From Balanoglossus misakiensis (taxonomy: Eukaryota > Animalia > Hemichordata), in contig CM082583.2 of NCBI GenBank assembly GCA_040954595.2, positions 3,047,060 to 3,111,059 of the forward strand: a stretch of DNA of 64,000 bases. The letters run 5' to 3'. Both the position numbers and the translations under genes were made by a program. Position 1 is the stretch's first letter, and every line of letters starts with the position of its first letter. The notes under the pieces are model-generated. The model searched no databases and was not told the origin of the DNA. It saw only the letters and a list, made by a program, of their open reading frames with translations. This document shows, in pieces, positions 36,201 through 50,860 of this stretch.

Positions 36201-38575
36201 AATGTTCATGAAGATTCGACGTTTGTCCGTAACTCTGCGCAAACACTCGGATTGTCTTTATTTTTACGTAAATTGTGCGCCATGCGACCGTGGTAACGGA
36301 ATGCATTGCAAATGGTGTTCACTTTGTGAGACTGTTTTGTCATAAGCACTGTAGTTTTCTTTGAACAAATAGTCTTATATGATATTACTATTAATGATAC
36401 CGTTATTGGTTTTTCAACACTCAATTACCAATTGATAGATAATGTTTAGAAAGCTTCGTGATGACAAATTAATAACAAAGACCAGTCATTCATAATTCAC
36501 AAGTACTTACAACTCTGTCGGATGCAATTGCTTTTATACCATTGTAACCGTCATGTTTGCTTTTAAGGCAAGTCTACTTGACTAGCATCGGAAAATCAAT
36601 ATGTCGTGCGCTTAAACGTATCATAGCAACCGTATCTAATCCCCATTCTGACGTTTTTTTGTTTGTTAAATATTCAACATAGAATCGTCTGATGATCATT
36701 GGATCTGTCATCGTAGCCAAACGATGCGCTGAAAATGTATGGTTGTACAAAACAGAACGTAGGCCTATGTGCTGAACAGTTTTGTACTTTTCGCATTCTT
36801 GATTTCAAAACAAGTCCAGTATTCATCAGACGATATTCAAGTATAGAATAAATGTACATGTAACACTAAGCTGTGTGTCCTTTCATTGAAGCTTTTAATT
36901 AGTCTCGTTGTCGAACATATGAGTTCATACCTATTTGACGGCACATCCGTTACTTCCTGTCAGACACATCTTGAATACAGAACATTAATATGAAAAATGG
37001 TACATACCACAAAAAAAAACCGAGTGTCATTCTACACCTTGTTACATGCTACATTTCCATTCAATGACCATCACTAATCACGCATCACGTGTATGACTGC
37101 GCCATTATTCTTCGGATGTATTTCCGCAAAACGACACCGAAATCGCAAACGCCAGATTTGGTGAATGCAGAGCAAGGATGTTAGAAATCAGCCAGAAGGG
37201 GGAAAAAGCTGTCACTCAATCAAGACACTGGTCCACATGAAAGCAGGCTGTTATCGACAAAATTAATAGTCGTGTTTTGAAGATGTAACCCTGGGGAAAC
37301 GGTCGAGTCATTTCCGTGAACACTCATTGAGTTGCGTCAGCAGTAATTACTACTGACTGTGTAACAAATAATAAAGCCTTCTTAATGCACCATTGATATT
37401 TTAGAAGAATAAAGCTACAGACAGTGCAATTCACCAGACATCTTCCGGTGTATGCCTAATGACAAGTCACTCTACGCCAGTCTCTTAAGGGGAGAAAAAG
37501 AGCAAAGCGAAACAGAAAACAGTACACGTGGTCTCAAAACATATATGACATTTTCCAACCTCCCGAAGGAAGCTTACGACAAAAATTTGCCACAGGGCGT
37601 TAAATTTTCCCCTTTGCATTGCAACAACGAAAGTAAAACATAGCGCCCTCAATCAAGCATCTCCTTTGTAAGAACACTTGTAAACTTTCTGCTTGGCTTT
37701 GTGTGATATTTGGAAGGTCAATGTTCCTTTCAATAAGTGACTATGCTAGCACGAAAGTAAGGCAGGCCGCTGTTGTCGATTCATAGACTTCCTTATTAAA
37801 GTTATCCCAATGTTTACCTTCAGTTCAATAGCTTTGTGACCGCCCGGTGCAAGAAAAAGAATTACAAACAGCTGTTTGCAGACAACCCAACACACTCAAA
37901 GTCAGCGAATCTTTTTCTAAAGCTTTTTAAAAGAGAGAACTGATTGGTAATTATGAATGAAGTTCGACTGAAATCTCTGAAATCTGCGATTCCGTTTATT
38001 TTTGTTGCCCATAAGTAGCTTACGTTGTTCCGCTCACGTGTGTCAAACCTTCAAACATGCTTCCAAAACGTGTTTTTATTGAAGTTCACAGCATATGTCT
38101 TTTTTTCAAAATATTGGGTCACCTTAACTGCACTGGAATTCATCTTGGTATACAATCCTATACTATAGTGCACAAAGGCTTGCCAGTTATAAATCCATGC
38201 ACTTCCTAAGGTAAACAATAATTAACGGTCTTTGAACATACCAGTTTCTTCATCATTCCATCTAGACTGTGGGATTGCAATAAGACGACATCCTCTCGAC
38301 GGCAAGTGAAAGGAATACAGATTGATTTCTGGACCAGTCCCCGCATCACACGGTGTCACTCTCTCTTTGTGTCCACAAAGAGTACATACAGATTATTCAA
38401 ATCGTGCTTATGGGTATTTACTTGTCATTTACACCAGTGAGCGAGTAAATAATATATAGATTTGAGATCCAATATACTACGGGCAACGTAAATGGTGTAC
38501 TTCAGCAAAATTCTTGGTGATGATCATCTAACTCTATTGTATTTACTGATAAACACCAGTTTGTAGGATTAAAAT

Positions 38576-38608
38576 ATCATCATCATCATCATCATCATCA
38601 TCATTAAT

Positions 38609-38686
<78 letters not shown>

Positions 38687-38705
38687 GTCGTCGTCGTCGT
38701 CATCA

Positions 38706-38739
<34 letters not shown>
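38576..38739. repeat. (CAT)n/(CGT)n/(CAA)n trinucleotide microsatellite
   Basis: Directly visible. Confidence 0.97.
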
Positions 38740-39525
38740 AACACGATATATACGATTTATTCCCCTGTCCCCTGTGTTTACACGAGAAATGTTTTAGGAG
38801 GACAGTGCCAAAAACAGAAACAAATATAGCGTGTGGGTGAATTGACCCTGAAGGGCTAAACCAGAATCTTGTAATGTGTAAAGGATGTTGAACACAGATA
38901 ACACATACAATGGATTAAAATGTAAAGGATTATTGGTTTGATGTTGGTCTCAACACTGACTGATATTAATTTGTGTTGATTAACCCACCGCAGTATTAGA
39001 GTCGTGTCTTGTTGCACCACGTGACATTTCTGTTTAGAAGCAGGCAAAGGAAGAAAAAGCTTTCATATGCAGACCTATGGGTCTAGTAGTCTTGTGTTTC
39101 TATGGTTTTTAGTCTTGCAATTGTGATGTCCAAAACATAAATAATACATGTGAAATGTATCTTTTAAATTTGCAATCATATCATCAGACAAAAAGATATG
39201 ACAGAACAACCATTTCTCGTTCACAAAATTTTATATTTTGCTTACCTCTACAATATGCAGAATAATCGATTAATCGAAGTATCGATAAAAACGAATCCGG
39301 CAAAAAACAGCAGGTATAATCAGTAGTTTAGTCAGAGTTAATAATGTACGATGAGAGAGACGTTTTTAAATGAAAAATATCATTTAGCTAAGTTTCAACG
39401 TAAACTGGGACACTTATGTCCGTGTATTATATTGAACTGAAATGGACGTTTTCGAACTAAATAAATATGTTTTGAATAAAGGGTGTGTTAAAATCTCTTG
39501 TCACGGAATATAGCCGTTTGTCTAA

Positions 39526-39783
39526 GGCCAAAATAAAAAATATGTGCTGTTCCGATTACCCCGGCGACCTACCCAGTTTTAACCCGCCGACCCTAAACTT
39601 TTTAGAGCTTCTTAAACCCGGGAGTAAAAATAACGATGTCAAATATACTATGACGTCATTATTCTACACTAAGGCGGCCAAAGATATATAAAAAATTGCA
39701 AAATAAAAAAATGTCCCTACCTACCTACCTACCCTATTTTTGAAAACCGTTTAATCGGAACAGCACATGTTATTTTTTTGGCC
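39526..39783. mobile_element. PIF/Harbinger (Tourist-like) MITE, family 2 copy 1
   Basis: TIRs of about 32 bp, GGCCAAAA..ATGTGCTGTTCCGATTA. TAA duplication at 39523-39525 and 39784-39786. Homologous to 63309-63616. Confidence 0.92.
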
Positions 39784-42700
39784 TAAGGTTTCTTTGTACC
39801 CTATGTGACTCTGCTGTGATTTGAGAATGATTGATATATGCTTACATGTATAACACTAGGCTTCGATGGTGGGAGATTAAATTGAAATAATTGACATGGG
39901 TCAGACACGCTTTGTTGGAGACCGAATTTAGGTTTACATCCCGAGATTACATGGGCACTTATGATTGATGCAGTTTGTATCAATATGATGAGTCTTGGTG
40001 TGGCGAATAAGCAAGGTCATTTGTGAATGTATATCTTCATTGATTGAGCGAAGAAATGACCGATTGTTTTCACCTAACCAATAAGGAATTGGAATGCATA
40101 TATGATCATGGGTTGCTATAAACCTAAACAGACCCCAGTTGCGCATGTACTTTTTCATTCAAGTAACTGCATCACTACAAGACGTCGACATGTCTAGTAT
40201 CTGTATTGTGATACTTCATTTTCAATCGAACCATATTTGCTTTTATTATTTTACTTTTATCAAGTCATACTTGACTTGTGAAATTAAAATTTTCATATTC
40301 CCCACGATAGAAGATTTGTAAAACACGTTCTGAAATGGTCGTTTACATAAAGGCTTATTGTGCGTGGTGCTGTATTTTCAAGACGTGCCTTGTCTCGCTT
40401 TGTTTAATTCAACCTAAACTCTTCTTTTGTTTGTTTTAAAACGAAAAAAACAATTATGTGGGTAAAGTTTGCCAAACACTCTATAGTTCATAAACTTGCG
40501 GTGAGTGCACAAATTTCATTACACCTACCTTCTAAAAAGAAATCATGTAATTTGCTTTTAACGTGACACGGTTCAACTAACTTGCTTAGCAGAGATAGAT
40601 GTAAGAGATGCCGGCATCGAACACGCCATATCCCAGTAGAGACTGTAGGGACATCATTTCTAATGTGACCTGCAGAGCAACGTACCGTGGTTTGTACTTC
40701 AAATTTGTTTTCTGTCAAAGTTGAAATTTCAAGAGAACTGTACACATTTGAAGTTGTGAGGTTTTCACGAGCGGCCATGAGACTATGGTCGAAACTTATT
40801 GACGGAATTAACCACAATTTGTCCTCCCAGTCAGTGAGTGATTCATGGCCATGTGGTGTTGACGATTTAACTCGTCTAGTTGTGCCAGCAACAATTATGG
40901 GTTACCAAACGCCCCCGGCGAAGTTTAGCACAGTTTATTTTTTAGATAATACACCTACAAATAGTTTGTAATTGAATCATTTGCCTTGCTAAGTCCCTTG
41001 CCGGCTCATTACGTCCACCATTTTACGTGCACTGCAACGACTGAGCACTTAGTTCGTACAAATTACGAAAAAAGTCCATATGTTATAAAGCTGTCAGCAG
41101 CTTGCTAGGTTTGGCTGGGAGAGCCCCAAAACAACGATTTGGTTGAGAAAAAACCCACAGCGACTTCTTGGCTCGTGCATTTCAAGATTTGGAGCACAAC
41201 AACCCCCTCCCCCTCCACCCAACACACACACCACCTGTCGACAGAGTGAGGCTACCGTGTGTTGTGTTCCGTACACTCGGATATAGTTGCCGCAGATAAC
41301 CGTGAACCAGTGGCACACAAAAGAACGGGCCGAACACATCCTGACAATACTCCGATTTCAATCACAGAAAATGGAACTGCCAGACAGTCAGACAGGCAGT
41401 GGCACCTAGCCTTCAATGAAAGTTTCTTCAGCATATTGTACGGGGTAACTGCAAGCCGATTCCTTTTAGACTTTCTGTATGCTCCAAATTTGACTTTTGT
41501 ATCGTGTAACAATGGCCAACAATGGGGAATTAAAGAATTAGGCGGAGTAGATAGCGATTAAAAACTTTGGCAAGTCAATTTGTGTCCTGCTTTAACTCTC
41601 GGCTCCACGACGAGAGAGGGCTATTTAAAACACGGACAATAGGTCGAGGTATTTTGTATGTCCTAAAGTCCGTTGACAAATTTCCATTAGAGGCTGAAAT
41701 TTTCTTTCTTCTTTCGGAAGTATAATCTGTACGTGGTGGTTGTCTATCACATTAACACGTGTTGGTGAATTTGGCATTTTGAAGTTAACGGAATACTAAA
41801 AATACAATGTTTACATGGAGAACACCGTGAAAATATATAAGACGGAAAATAAAATTGGGTCGCAAGTCAATTTATGGCCTGGTCAGGAAACAAACCAGAT
41901 GTTCAACAGAAGAGTTGTATAGTAAGGGCTTTGGTGATATAATGTCTGTAAAATTGCAAGTTTATAATTATATCATTTTTAAATATTGTTCCCTAGCACC
42001 AAAATAATGTATATAAATGAAAGTGTGATTTAAACCGCGATACGTCTTTGACAATACAATTTTCCACTTTTTAGTCGCTTTTTATACAGCATCCTGTCTT
42101 AGAAACCACAAAGGAAATCAACGTTTTGGTGCTTACACTAAGGAAGAATAATGGAACGACAGTTAACCAGAGAACTGCTCTGTGCAGCTTAAAATAATTC
42201 AGTATAAAATGACAGGTAAATGTCTTGCAGGAAAAAGGTATCCAAGGAATTTATGGCAGTACATGAAGCTTTATGTTCTTTGTACATGATTGTATCTTCA
42301 TTTAGCAATGCAAGAATCGAAATTCTCATGTCGATGTTAACGTAAACTCCTTGCTGGGATTGACATTTAAATCCTAACTACTTGGCTCACATATCCTTTG
42401 CAACTTTTCATGACAGTTACGATACATACAGTTTCCCCGTTTGCCGATGACATTGGATTGAGAGAAACTCGATCAATGCACTCGTCACAAAAGTGTATGT
42501 CCTTTTTAAATTGAAATTTGGCTTTCTATGAGGGCTTACGTACGTTAGTTGACCGTAAACTATACATTGAAGTCATAAATTCGACAAGTCAGCCAGAAAA
42601 AAAATCAATGTTTAGGAATGGCGGCAAATTTCATACATTTTACTGCAAAGCTATAGTTGAGGTGAAATTTTGTTTTAGTGCTCACGCGAACAACGTTTAA

Positions 42701-44462
42701 CTTATGGGTTAAAGATACAAACAATTTTCATTAAATAAAATTAAGAAAGCGTACAGAATTAGCCACTGTTTATAGTCGGGGACAGAACGTTAAACTTACG
42801 CAATCCATGTGTGTATTCGTCGGGGGGATGTTTGAATGACTCAGAACGACAAGTGCGTTTGGAATTAGTATTGTTATTGAGACATAATAAGCATTGAAGT
42901 CTTCTTGTTTTCATATCAGCTACATTTCCCAAATTTCAAAATAATTACATCAGTGAAAGAGGGCCCGGTCGACCGTATTTAGACAAAGCTTTGGCAACCG
43001 CGGCAATAATTCGGTGTTTCAGTTGCAAGTGAAATGCTTGGTGAAATGTTCACATATCACCATTACTGTTTATTGGCGGGAAATAAAATGTCTACACTTC
43101 ATGTCGTTTCAGATACCATCTTTCTGTTCTCCTTTCTTACATGTTCGCTGTTGTTAAAACATCGTACAGTCGTCTGTAAACCCGAAAATTGGGACAAAAA
43201 TGGAAAGTTGAAGTGTGGCCTTCTATTAATCCATTCTAAGCTTTCGGATGAAACTTGACAATTTTATGTCAAATATTTTGTTTGACGTAAAACGTCATAG
43301 TAAAAGGAATTGGACAGGTTTCTCATTTTGACATCGAGGCAGGAAGTCGAGATTAATCCACTGGAGTTATTATTTTCATTTCCGAAATGTTTTTGGTTCA
43401 TGGCATAAACTAAAGTTTATAGGCCTGAATGAAAAAAGACTATATGGTGACGAGTAAACTCCATACGCTCTGTTAGCAAACAAGACACAGAGAAGTAGTT
43501 TTCATCATCATAATATTATTGATTTTATTGTCGGAAATAAAGTCAGTTGCATAAAATTAGTGCGAGAAAAGAAAACTGCAAAATTGCATGGAGATTGACG
43601 GGTTAAGTTAGAAACCATGGTAACCATGTCAAATAACGTGAAAAACATAGAATAAATAAGTCTGACTTACACTAATAAATGAATGATTCTGCATTTAGTT
43701 TGTGAGCCACTTGCAAGAATGTTGTAAACAGGATGTGGCACGCAAAGGCATCAAATAGCGAAACCATGCAAGTCGGCAGAAACACCTTGTTTGTCTCTAA
43801 ACCATTATGTTTGTAAAACACTCTGAAATATGACGAAACACTAAGCACCGAGACATTATCAAACAATGAGAGAGTATATATTAGGAATGACTCAGGGCAA
43901 GTATGGGCACCTAACGCTGATTTCCAGTCTTTAAATTATCTGCACTGGGCTATGCTCATATAATAAAGTCAAACAAAATCTAGGGTGATTCGTTATATTT
44001 ACAATAAAAAATACTATATATCTTTAGAATAGTTATTTTCAACGCAATAAATGTAAGCACTTTCTCGTTTAAATGCAATAGCAGTGATTTTTATAATTTA
44101 AATAGTAGTATGAATGTTTGAAAGAACAGGCATTTGATTCACATGATGCAGTTCTCAAACTTGTTCCAGCCGAACGTACTCTTCGAGTTAGCAAACATTT
44201 GACAGGTATTTTTGTGATGGCTGGCGATCATGTCTCTATGAAAACCAATGAAAAGGTTCAACAGTTGAAAAACAACAACACTTACTGGGTCGAATAAATG
44301 ATGACTGCCAGTATTTCGTTGATGATTGAACGCCGTTGTTTGGTCTCCTTCAACCGACAATGCGGCCGGGCCTGCCTGTAGTTTGCCATCGACTCTGCGT
44401 CACCGTCATGCAACTCGCTTCGTAGTGTCTCATACATGTCTTGATTTTTATCGTTCAAAGAT

Positions 44463-45725
44463 CTAAGATTCCACCTTCAAATTCTTCGCGTAAGATTTTG
44501 CTATTATTCTGGAGAACGTCTCTTGCCACTGCTGCACGGTGTCGACGCCAGCCGACGGTGTCGGAGTACCTTGCGGAATTGGCGTTATGACGGTAGAGAA
44601 AGTACTTCGAGTTGAGGGTGTTACGATGCTCCAAGCGCTGCCGCTATTACCTGGCCAACCGACTGGCCGAGAGTGTGTCGGCGTGGTCCACGCGCCGCGT
44701 GCGTTCCCTCCTACCGGGGAATTTAAGGCAGTTGGCGAGTGGGATATGACGCTCTGTTCGGCGTTGATCTCTGGTGTTGTCGGCCTTTCCTTGGTAACTG
44801 CTGGACTGCCAAGTTGTCTGCTATCGTCGTGAAGATTAACGTCTGTGTCTTCTTGCTGCTTGTTCTCGGCACAACCAAGGGAGTTCTCGGTTGATTTATC
44901 GACGTCACTGTTCTCTGGTGCTAGTAAACTCTCTACATCAAATTGTCTTTTTTTACTTTGTTGATGTTGTTGTTGGTGGTGGTGGGGATGGTGGTGGTGG
45001 TTGTGGTGGCTAGTGGTACTTGTAGACGAGCGCTCAGTTAGACTGGTGCTGTGCACAAATGACTGATTTGGCCAATTTAGCGGAGTTGCATTGGTAGGCG
45101 GTGGTGGACTTGGACTGTCTTCGTCATCGGGCACGGACAAACCCATGTGTTTTCGTACTTTCCTTTGTGCTCGACGGCGCCTAAAATCCCCTTTCTCAAA
45201 ATCTTCGACGTTGGCCGGATGTATTGCCCAAAAGTGTCCCTTGCCGTTTGCGCTTCGTCCAGATTTGATGAAACAGTCATTCAAAGAAAGGTTGTGGCGG
45301 ATGCTATTTCTCCATCCAGGTCCTCTTGTGCGGAAATAGGCATAGTTGTCCAGAATATATTGATAAATGTCACTCAGAACCATCTTTCTATCTTTGTGAC
45401 TCAAAATCGCCATGGCTATAAGTCCAATGTAACTATGATTAGGCTTGGGTTCTTCGTGCATCAATCTTGCTCGAGGGTCAACTTTGTTAAAAGCCATCAG
45501 AGCCGAGAAAGTGTCTGTGCCGTGAGGATGATGGGGCAGGTACGGTGAAAGCGCGTGAGCTGACGGGATCCCATAACGAAAACGGCTGTTGTAGCCATAC
45601 ATCTGCGCTCGGTGATATTCGAACGCTGCCTGCGTCATTCCGTTGCCCCAAGCCGCGTACATCATGGGCTGATCAGATATTTTCAAGCCGTACGGCACTA
45701 GACCTGTGTTACTCGATGTGCACAT
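44463..45725 (-). CDS. foxQ2: Forkhead box transcription factor, FoxQ2 class (paralog B, Drosophila fd102C-like), intronless, 420 aa
   Basis: DPRARLMHEEPKPNHSYIGLIAMAILS...[63 protein letters not shown]. His/Gln tract and eh1-like FDVESLL at 44922-44942. First ATG at 45725 in GCTACCATG context (ORF-track start 45839 is GTG). Stop TAG at 44463-44465. Confidence 0.95.
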   Translation of the reverse strand: MCTSSNTGLVPYGLKISDQPMMYAAWGNGMTQAAFEYHRAQMYGYNSRFRYGIPSAHALSPYLPHHPHGTDTFSALMAFNKVDPRARLMHEEPKPNHSYIGLIAMAILSHKDRKMVLSDIYQYILDNYAYFRTRGPGWRNSIRHNLSLNDCFIKSGRSANGKGHFWAIHPANVEDFEKGDFRRRRAQRKVRKHMGLSVPDDEDSPSPPPPTNATPLNWPNQSFVHSTSLTERSSTSTTSHHNHHHHPHHHQQQHQQSKKRQFDVESLLAPENSDVDKSTENSLGCAENKQQEDTDVNLHDDSRQLGSPAVTKERPTTPEINAEQSVISHSPTALNSPVGGNARGAWTTPTHSRPVGWPGNSGSAWSIVTPSTRSTFSTVITPIPQGTPTPSAGVDTVQQWQETFSRIIAKSYAKNLKVES

Positions 45726-45888
45726 GGTAGCTGTAGACTGTCGCTTCGTTGATCGCACACCGATCGCACGAAAGTATTTCTGGTTGATTGTGTGTTGTTG
45801 AAAGTAAAATGTAGGAGTGGTGTTGGTTGCTTTGTACACACCCCTCTAACCAGTGTCGTTTGGTAAGATCATCATCTCGTCACCTCTG

Positions 45889-45899
45889 ATTGGTTTACT
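45889..45899 (-). promoter_or_regulatory. CCAAT box overlapping a forkhead-like site upstream of foxQ2 paralog B
   Basis: The minus strand reads CAGTAAACCAATCAGAGG: an NF-Y-type CCAATCAG abutting GTAAAC, about 165 nt upstream of the ATG. Confidence 0.45.
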
Positions 45900-48800
45900 G
45901 CAGTGACATCATTCATATTCAAATGTGTCGGGAGCTGAAATCTATAACTGGGCATGTATTTTTGTTTAGTATTGTTTATCAATTACGATAGAAATGACGG
46001 CGACCACCTGCTAGGAAATTTGACGTTTGCCAATTCTAGTATTTTGGCCTCATTTCGATTTTCGATAGAAGACGCTCGCGCCTTATTATGACTCGGACAG
46101 ACACTGGGAACTGAGTACGTCGCAGGGAGTTTCAATTCGAATCTGGCGTACGGCGAATGTTCATTGAATTCTGCATGGTGTCAACGGCTTTCCAACCCTC
46201 CAATACAACCGTGTTTGTCTTTACCGTTCACCAGTGCGTGAATACAAACTAGCGAATTTGATGAACAAAGCGCATTAGTGTTTTTTGTGTTTGCTAATTA
46301 TTTTGCTCTAATTGGTGCTAATTGCTCGTCACTATTCTTTTTCCAATTACGCCGGCTTTGCGTAAATGCCTGCCAATCACTTTGAGTGACGCCTTTTCAT
46401 TGGTTTACACTGACCATTATTGTATTCTTTGCTTATCTGCTATCACTTTGAATAGACCACATTATGGAGGGGTGGTACAGCAGCTCGTTTCAAGTGCCCA
46501 TTTTCCTTTCACCCAATCTAAACAGATTACCAGCGGCTGTTTGAACTCTGTGCTTTCTGACTGAACGCCCATTTTTGATGTTATCACAACCCAAGTAAAT
46601 ATAGGAAAGTGATACTCGTGAGTTAACGGAAACAAGTCGAAGTCCGGTGCCTTGCAAGTGAGGATTTGTAGCGGCTAAACATATCTCGGCCACGATTGTC
46701 AGATAATTAGCTTTCCGGCGACAGAGATGTCTCTTTTTACCCCAAGTTGAAATGAATAATGAGAAAATGCCAGCTACACAATTATCTAACATTATTTTGA
46801 CAAAATGTTTGTCAGCTAAATTCAATTTCTGCCAGACTACCAGAAAATGGTTCTATCAAAAGTTTTGGTTTGTTTGAAATGAACGTGGCCCGCCTGTCCG
46901 GCGCCGGAACTGCTGAAGATTGTCACATTGTAGGTGCGACCATCGTTAGTACTGAGCAGCGACACATCTGGTTCTCAACAGAGAGAAGTTGATTCCACCC
47001 TTGAATACTCGTTACTCGAATTTCGTCAGCTAATCTCCGCTGAATCTCAGGTGGGAATCACCGTGTCTCTCTCTTATCAACCAAGTCCCCCTTTGCTGTG
47101 AAAAAAACCTACATTTTTCACTCTCCTTGATCAGAGTCCTTTGTGTTCTTTCTTTGCAGTACAGATAGCCATGAAAGGCAGGAAAACAAGCTTAAACATG
47201 TATAGAAGTACACATTGCCTATTAGCAGTTTTATAAATCGTCTTTGCACTATTGTAGTCGGTCTTATTATCCGTAACACCAGCAAGGGGTGATGCTGTTT
47301 CTTAGGCTTGTTCGACTTAATTACTTTGTTGATGAATTCTTTGGCCCCAAATGTTATTACAGAAAGAATAGAGAGAAAGGAACAGTGCTGGAGGGAAGTT
47401 AAAGCAGGCAAGGCAGGAGTGAAAGACTTAGTGGAACACACACGGAGATACTGTACGTAGGCCTGCGGCTTGAATCGTCACCCTGTGCCATTTCATTAAA
47501 ATATGAATACTGGAATTTTGGGAGGGACGTAACCCAAAACATACATTTTATTTGTCGAAGTCACGACTCTTTCCAATTTACCAACGATTCACTGTCAAAA
47601 CAAATTCTTGGAAATACACGATCAATGTTCTCACAATATTACACATGTACTCAGTGGGTGATAAAAAGAATACGATGCCATTGTTGTTAATGCTGTATGT
47701 TCATTTCAGTTCTGGTAGTCATATGAAAGCTGACGTTTTACACATGTATCATTGAATTGTGTAATCACCACCCAAATCCTTCCAAATAGTCACCTCATAT
47801 TCGCCTAGGCTCTTTATCAACATTGAGGCTTAATGTGGCTGAAAATCGAATTAACGATAATTACGATCTCGCCACTTATCAGATTAGAAAGAGATGATCC
47901 AATATCTTCTTCCGATCCTTGTCATTTCCCCGCTTTTTCTATCCTGCTTCCATATCCCATTCAATCTCTCCCATTTGCTCCCCGGGCCGAAGCAGCTGAT
48001 CACGGTCTTCGAATCGCGGAAATTCGACTCTTAGTGCTCGGGGATATTGCTAGCTCTTATCCACGTGTAAGTCTTGCTCCTTTGTCGTTTGCAATAATAT
48101 TTGTGCATGCAGACAGAATAGATCTCCATCACTACTCAGAATTGCCCGCTAGAAACTAGGGTCACTCAAGGCACAGCGCTTTTCATTCGCAGAATTTCCA
48201 CAGGAATATGACAGAATAGATGAGATTTTTGGTTTGAGAGGAGATGGATGTTTTCTTCGAAAGACATTCAATTAGACTGTGTTATTTTTTACACAGTGCT
48301 ATAATAAGCAAAACTGAAAGGTGAAACTCAAATATTATGAGGTGTTATGCGCAACGAGCGCTGAGTGGCATGTAGCAACAATAGACTTGTCAAAGGTTAG
48401 TTATAAGCTTATCACCAAATTAATGTGATAAACAAAGACATTCAAGCCAAGAAACGGGGGGGGGGGGTCATACACAAACTCGTCACCGTCGATCTCCGCC
48501 GCTGCTCTACTTCAACAACCTCCAATTTCTTATTCACCAGTTAGCACTTTCATTTCTGACTCGACATCTCTGATATCTACTGCATTTAACAAATCCTATC
48601 GTCGCCCACCCATATATCAGGTTAATTTAACCCCTTCACTAAGCTTGCCATCTGGTCCAACGATAGACTTCCTCTGTGTTCACTGTTCTCCCCGACCACA
48701 ACAGCAAGGCCTCCTCGATCTGGAATTATTCGGTATGGTCATTATCTGCATCACTCTCAAGTTTTGACGAATTGTTCTGACCTGAAAAAAAAGACCAGAT

Positions 48801-50667
48801 CAACGCACTATTCAAAACATTAATATATCGTTTTGTGCTTTTGTATGCATTTAACGTTCATTTCATTCAGTTTAAACAATATATATAAATAGTAATTTTA
48901 GTGCACCCGAATGGCTGGGTGGAAATCTCAAAATAATAGGATTTGTAAAGATTATTAGCTTTACGGACTATGATTGTAAAATGGCAGAGAATGCCAAGAT
49001 TAATGAAAGATGGAATCCTTCAATAAAATTTGGATAACCTTGGACCGTTATCTGCTTACTACTAGTAGAAGTAGGATTTGAAGTAGACATTGTCCTGTAT
49101 CGTGTTCCGGAAATGCACGGATATTGTAAATTGGTGCCAGCGAGATTATGTTTTAAATTGTCGATACTTAAAAATTCTGAAAATTTATTTTGTTAATTCT
49201 CGCTTTTCATGAGGTGAATCTTGAAATAAAATGTTTATTCACTGATGTGGCCACTGCACAAGATTAAATTGTTTATTGATGAAGAGAATAATAGATGTAC
49301 GACACAGTTTTTGAATTTTCCTGCGTTTTTTAGCTATGGAGCCTTTGTTTGAAAATGGTTAATTGATGGTAACAGTCGTCTTTATGTTTGAAGGAAAATT
49401 ATCGTGAAGGAACAGTAATGCCAAAGAAGTACAAAACGTCAGCGTTCCACAGGGTTTCAAATGAAGTTGAATTGGTCTCTTCACGGTCTTTTAAAGTTTG
49501 CGCGCGGCAACTCATGGTCAAAGTTATTTCTGCCTGTCGATCAAAGTCGCTGGCGAGTTGCAATGCTCACAATATTATGTCAATCTTCAATTGCGGGAAA
49601 TATTTGGCCTGGGAAAATTGCTGACTGGCACATGTTGATAGAGAATTACGGCGCCGTACATAACTTAGGAGGTGTAATTACCTAACAAACTCTTCTTGGC
49701 GCTAGCTGTAATCACCGTGGACACTATTTTACTCGGCGTTTTACGCGGAGTCGCCGAAAAGTCTAAATGCAGATGCAGTGTCAAGACCACGTAGTTTAGA
49801 ATGTTGATGCGTCCTTTTTCAGGGCATGAATTGAAGACGTCAGCTTGCGATTTTTATCTATAAAACTATCTGAACAAAAGCGTTTAGTTTACGAAACGGC
49901 AAACCACAACAACCCGGCAAAATTGGCGAAGGCGCCAATAGTCTTGGGCTTGATTGCTCGTGTCTTTATTGCCTAATTGCTCCTTCACTTTTAGTGTTCT
50001 GATGGGCGGAATTCATTGCTTTATCAGATTCGGAAAAAAGACTCAATGCACCCCGTCACGTCCTTAAGTACAATATGTCGACATAATGGTAAAAATCATG
50101 CCCCCCGACTCCAGTTTAAAGGCGGGGTTTCAAGGGACAAAACAGTTATCTTCACTGTGCATAAACGATCAAATGTGTATCGAAAAAATACTAATAAACG
50201 AAAAAATACAGAACACGACCATCACTCTTCTGAGGTTTTGACACATTTGCACATAATTTTAGCATTTTTCGTGTTAGTCCGTTAAAATGCTCACGTTCTT
50301 ATTAGTGAGGTCATATACAGTCGTTTCCTGGAAGGTTTTGAAAGCGGTTTTGTCACGACTATCGGAAACCGGCCACCACTAACCTTTAGCTTCACCGTTT
50401 TTATGCGTCTCCATTAGACAGCCTCGTTATATTGTTGTCATTCAGTGGTCCCTGTTTATCCAGCAAAAATGAAATCATAAACATCACTGAAATAATGACT
50501 GGGTGAGTTTCGACAAATGCACCGTTTCTAAAAAGTTCAACTCAGTAACAAAGGCTTTTCAGCTCGTTATCCTTACATCCATAAGTCACAGATTTATGGT
50601 GCACCCCACAATCTATTTTGCATCCTCAGTCCATTTCCTGTTTTAGCCCACCGCCCATATACATGCT

Positions 50668-50860
50668 GGAGAGGGTGGAGAGAGAGAGGCGAGAGAGAAG
50701 AAGGAGGGGAGAGGGGGAGACGAGAGAGAGAGGTGAGGGGAGAGAGAGGCGAGGGGGAGAATGGAAGGAAGGGAGGGGAGAGGGAGGGGAGACGGGGAGG
50801 AAGACAGAGACGAGAGGGAAGATAGACGATTGGAGAGAGAGGGAGAGACGAGGGAGAGAG
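50668..50860. repeat. Purine-rich (GA) low-complexity tract
   Basis: About 190 nt of almost exclusively G/A on the + strand. Confidence 0.9.

Noticed and set aside
45726-45839. ORF-track N-terminal extension of paralog B
   Set aside because: Begins at GTG. The ATG at 45725 has a good ACCATG context, so this is probably 5' UTR.
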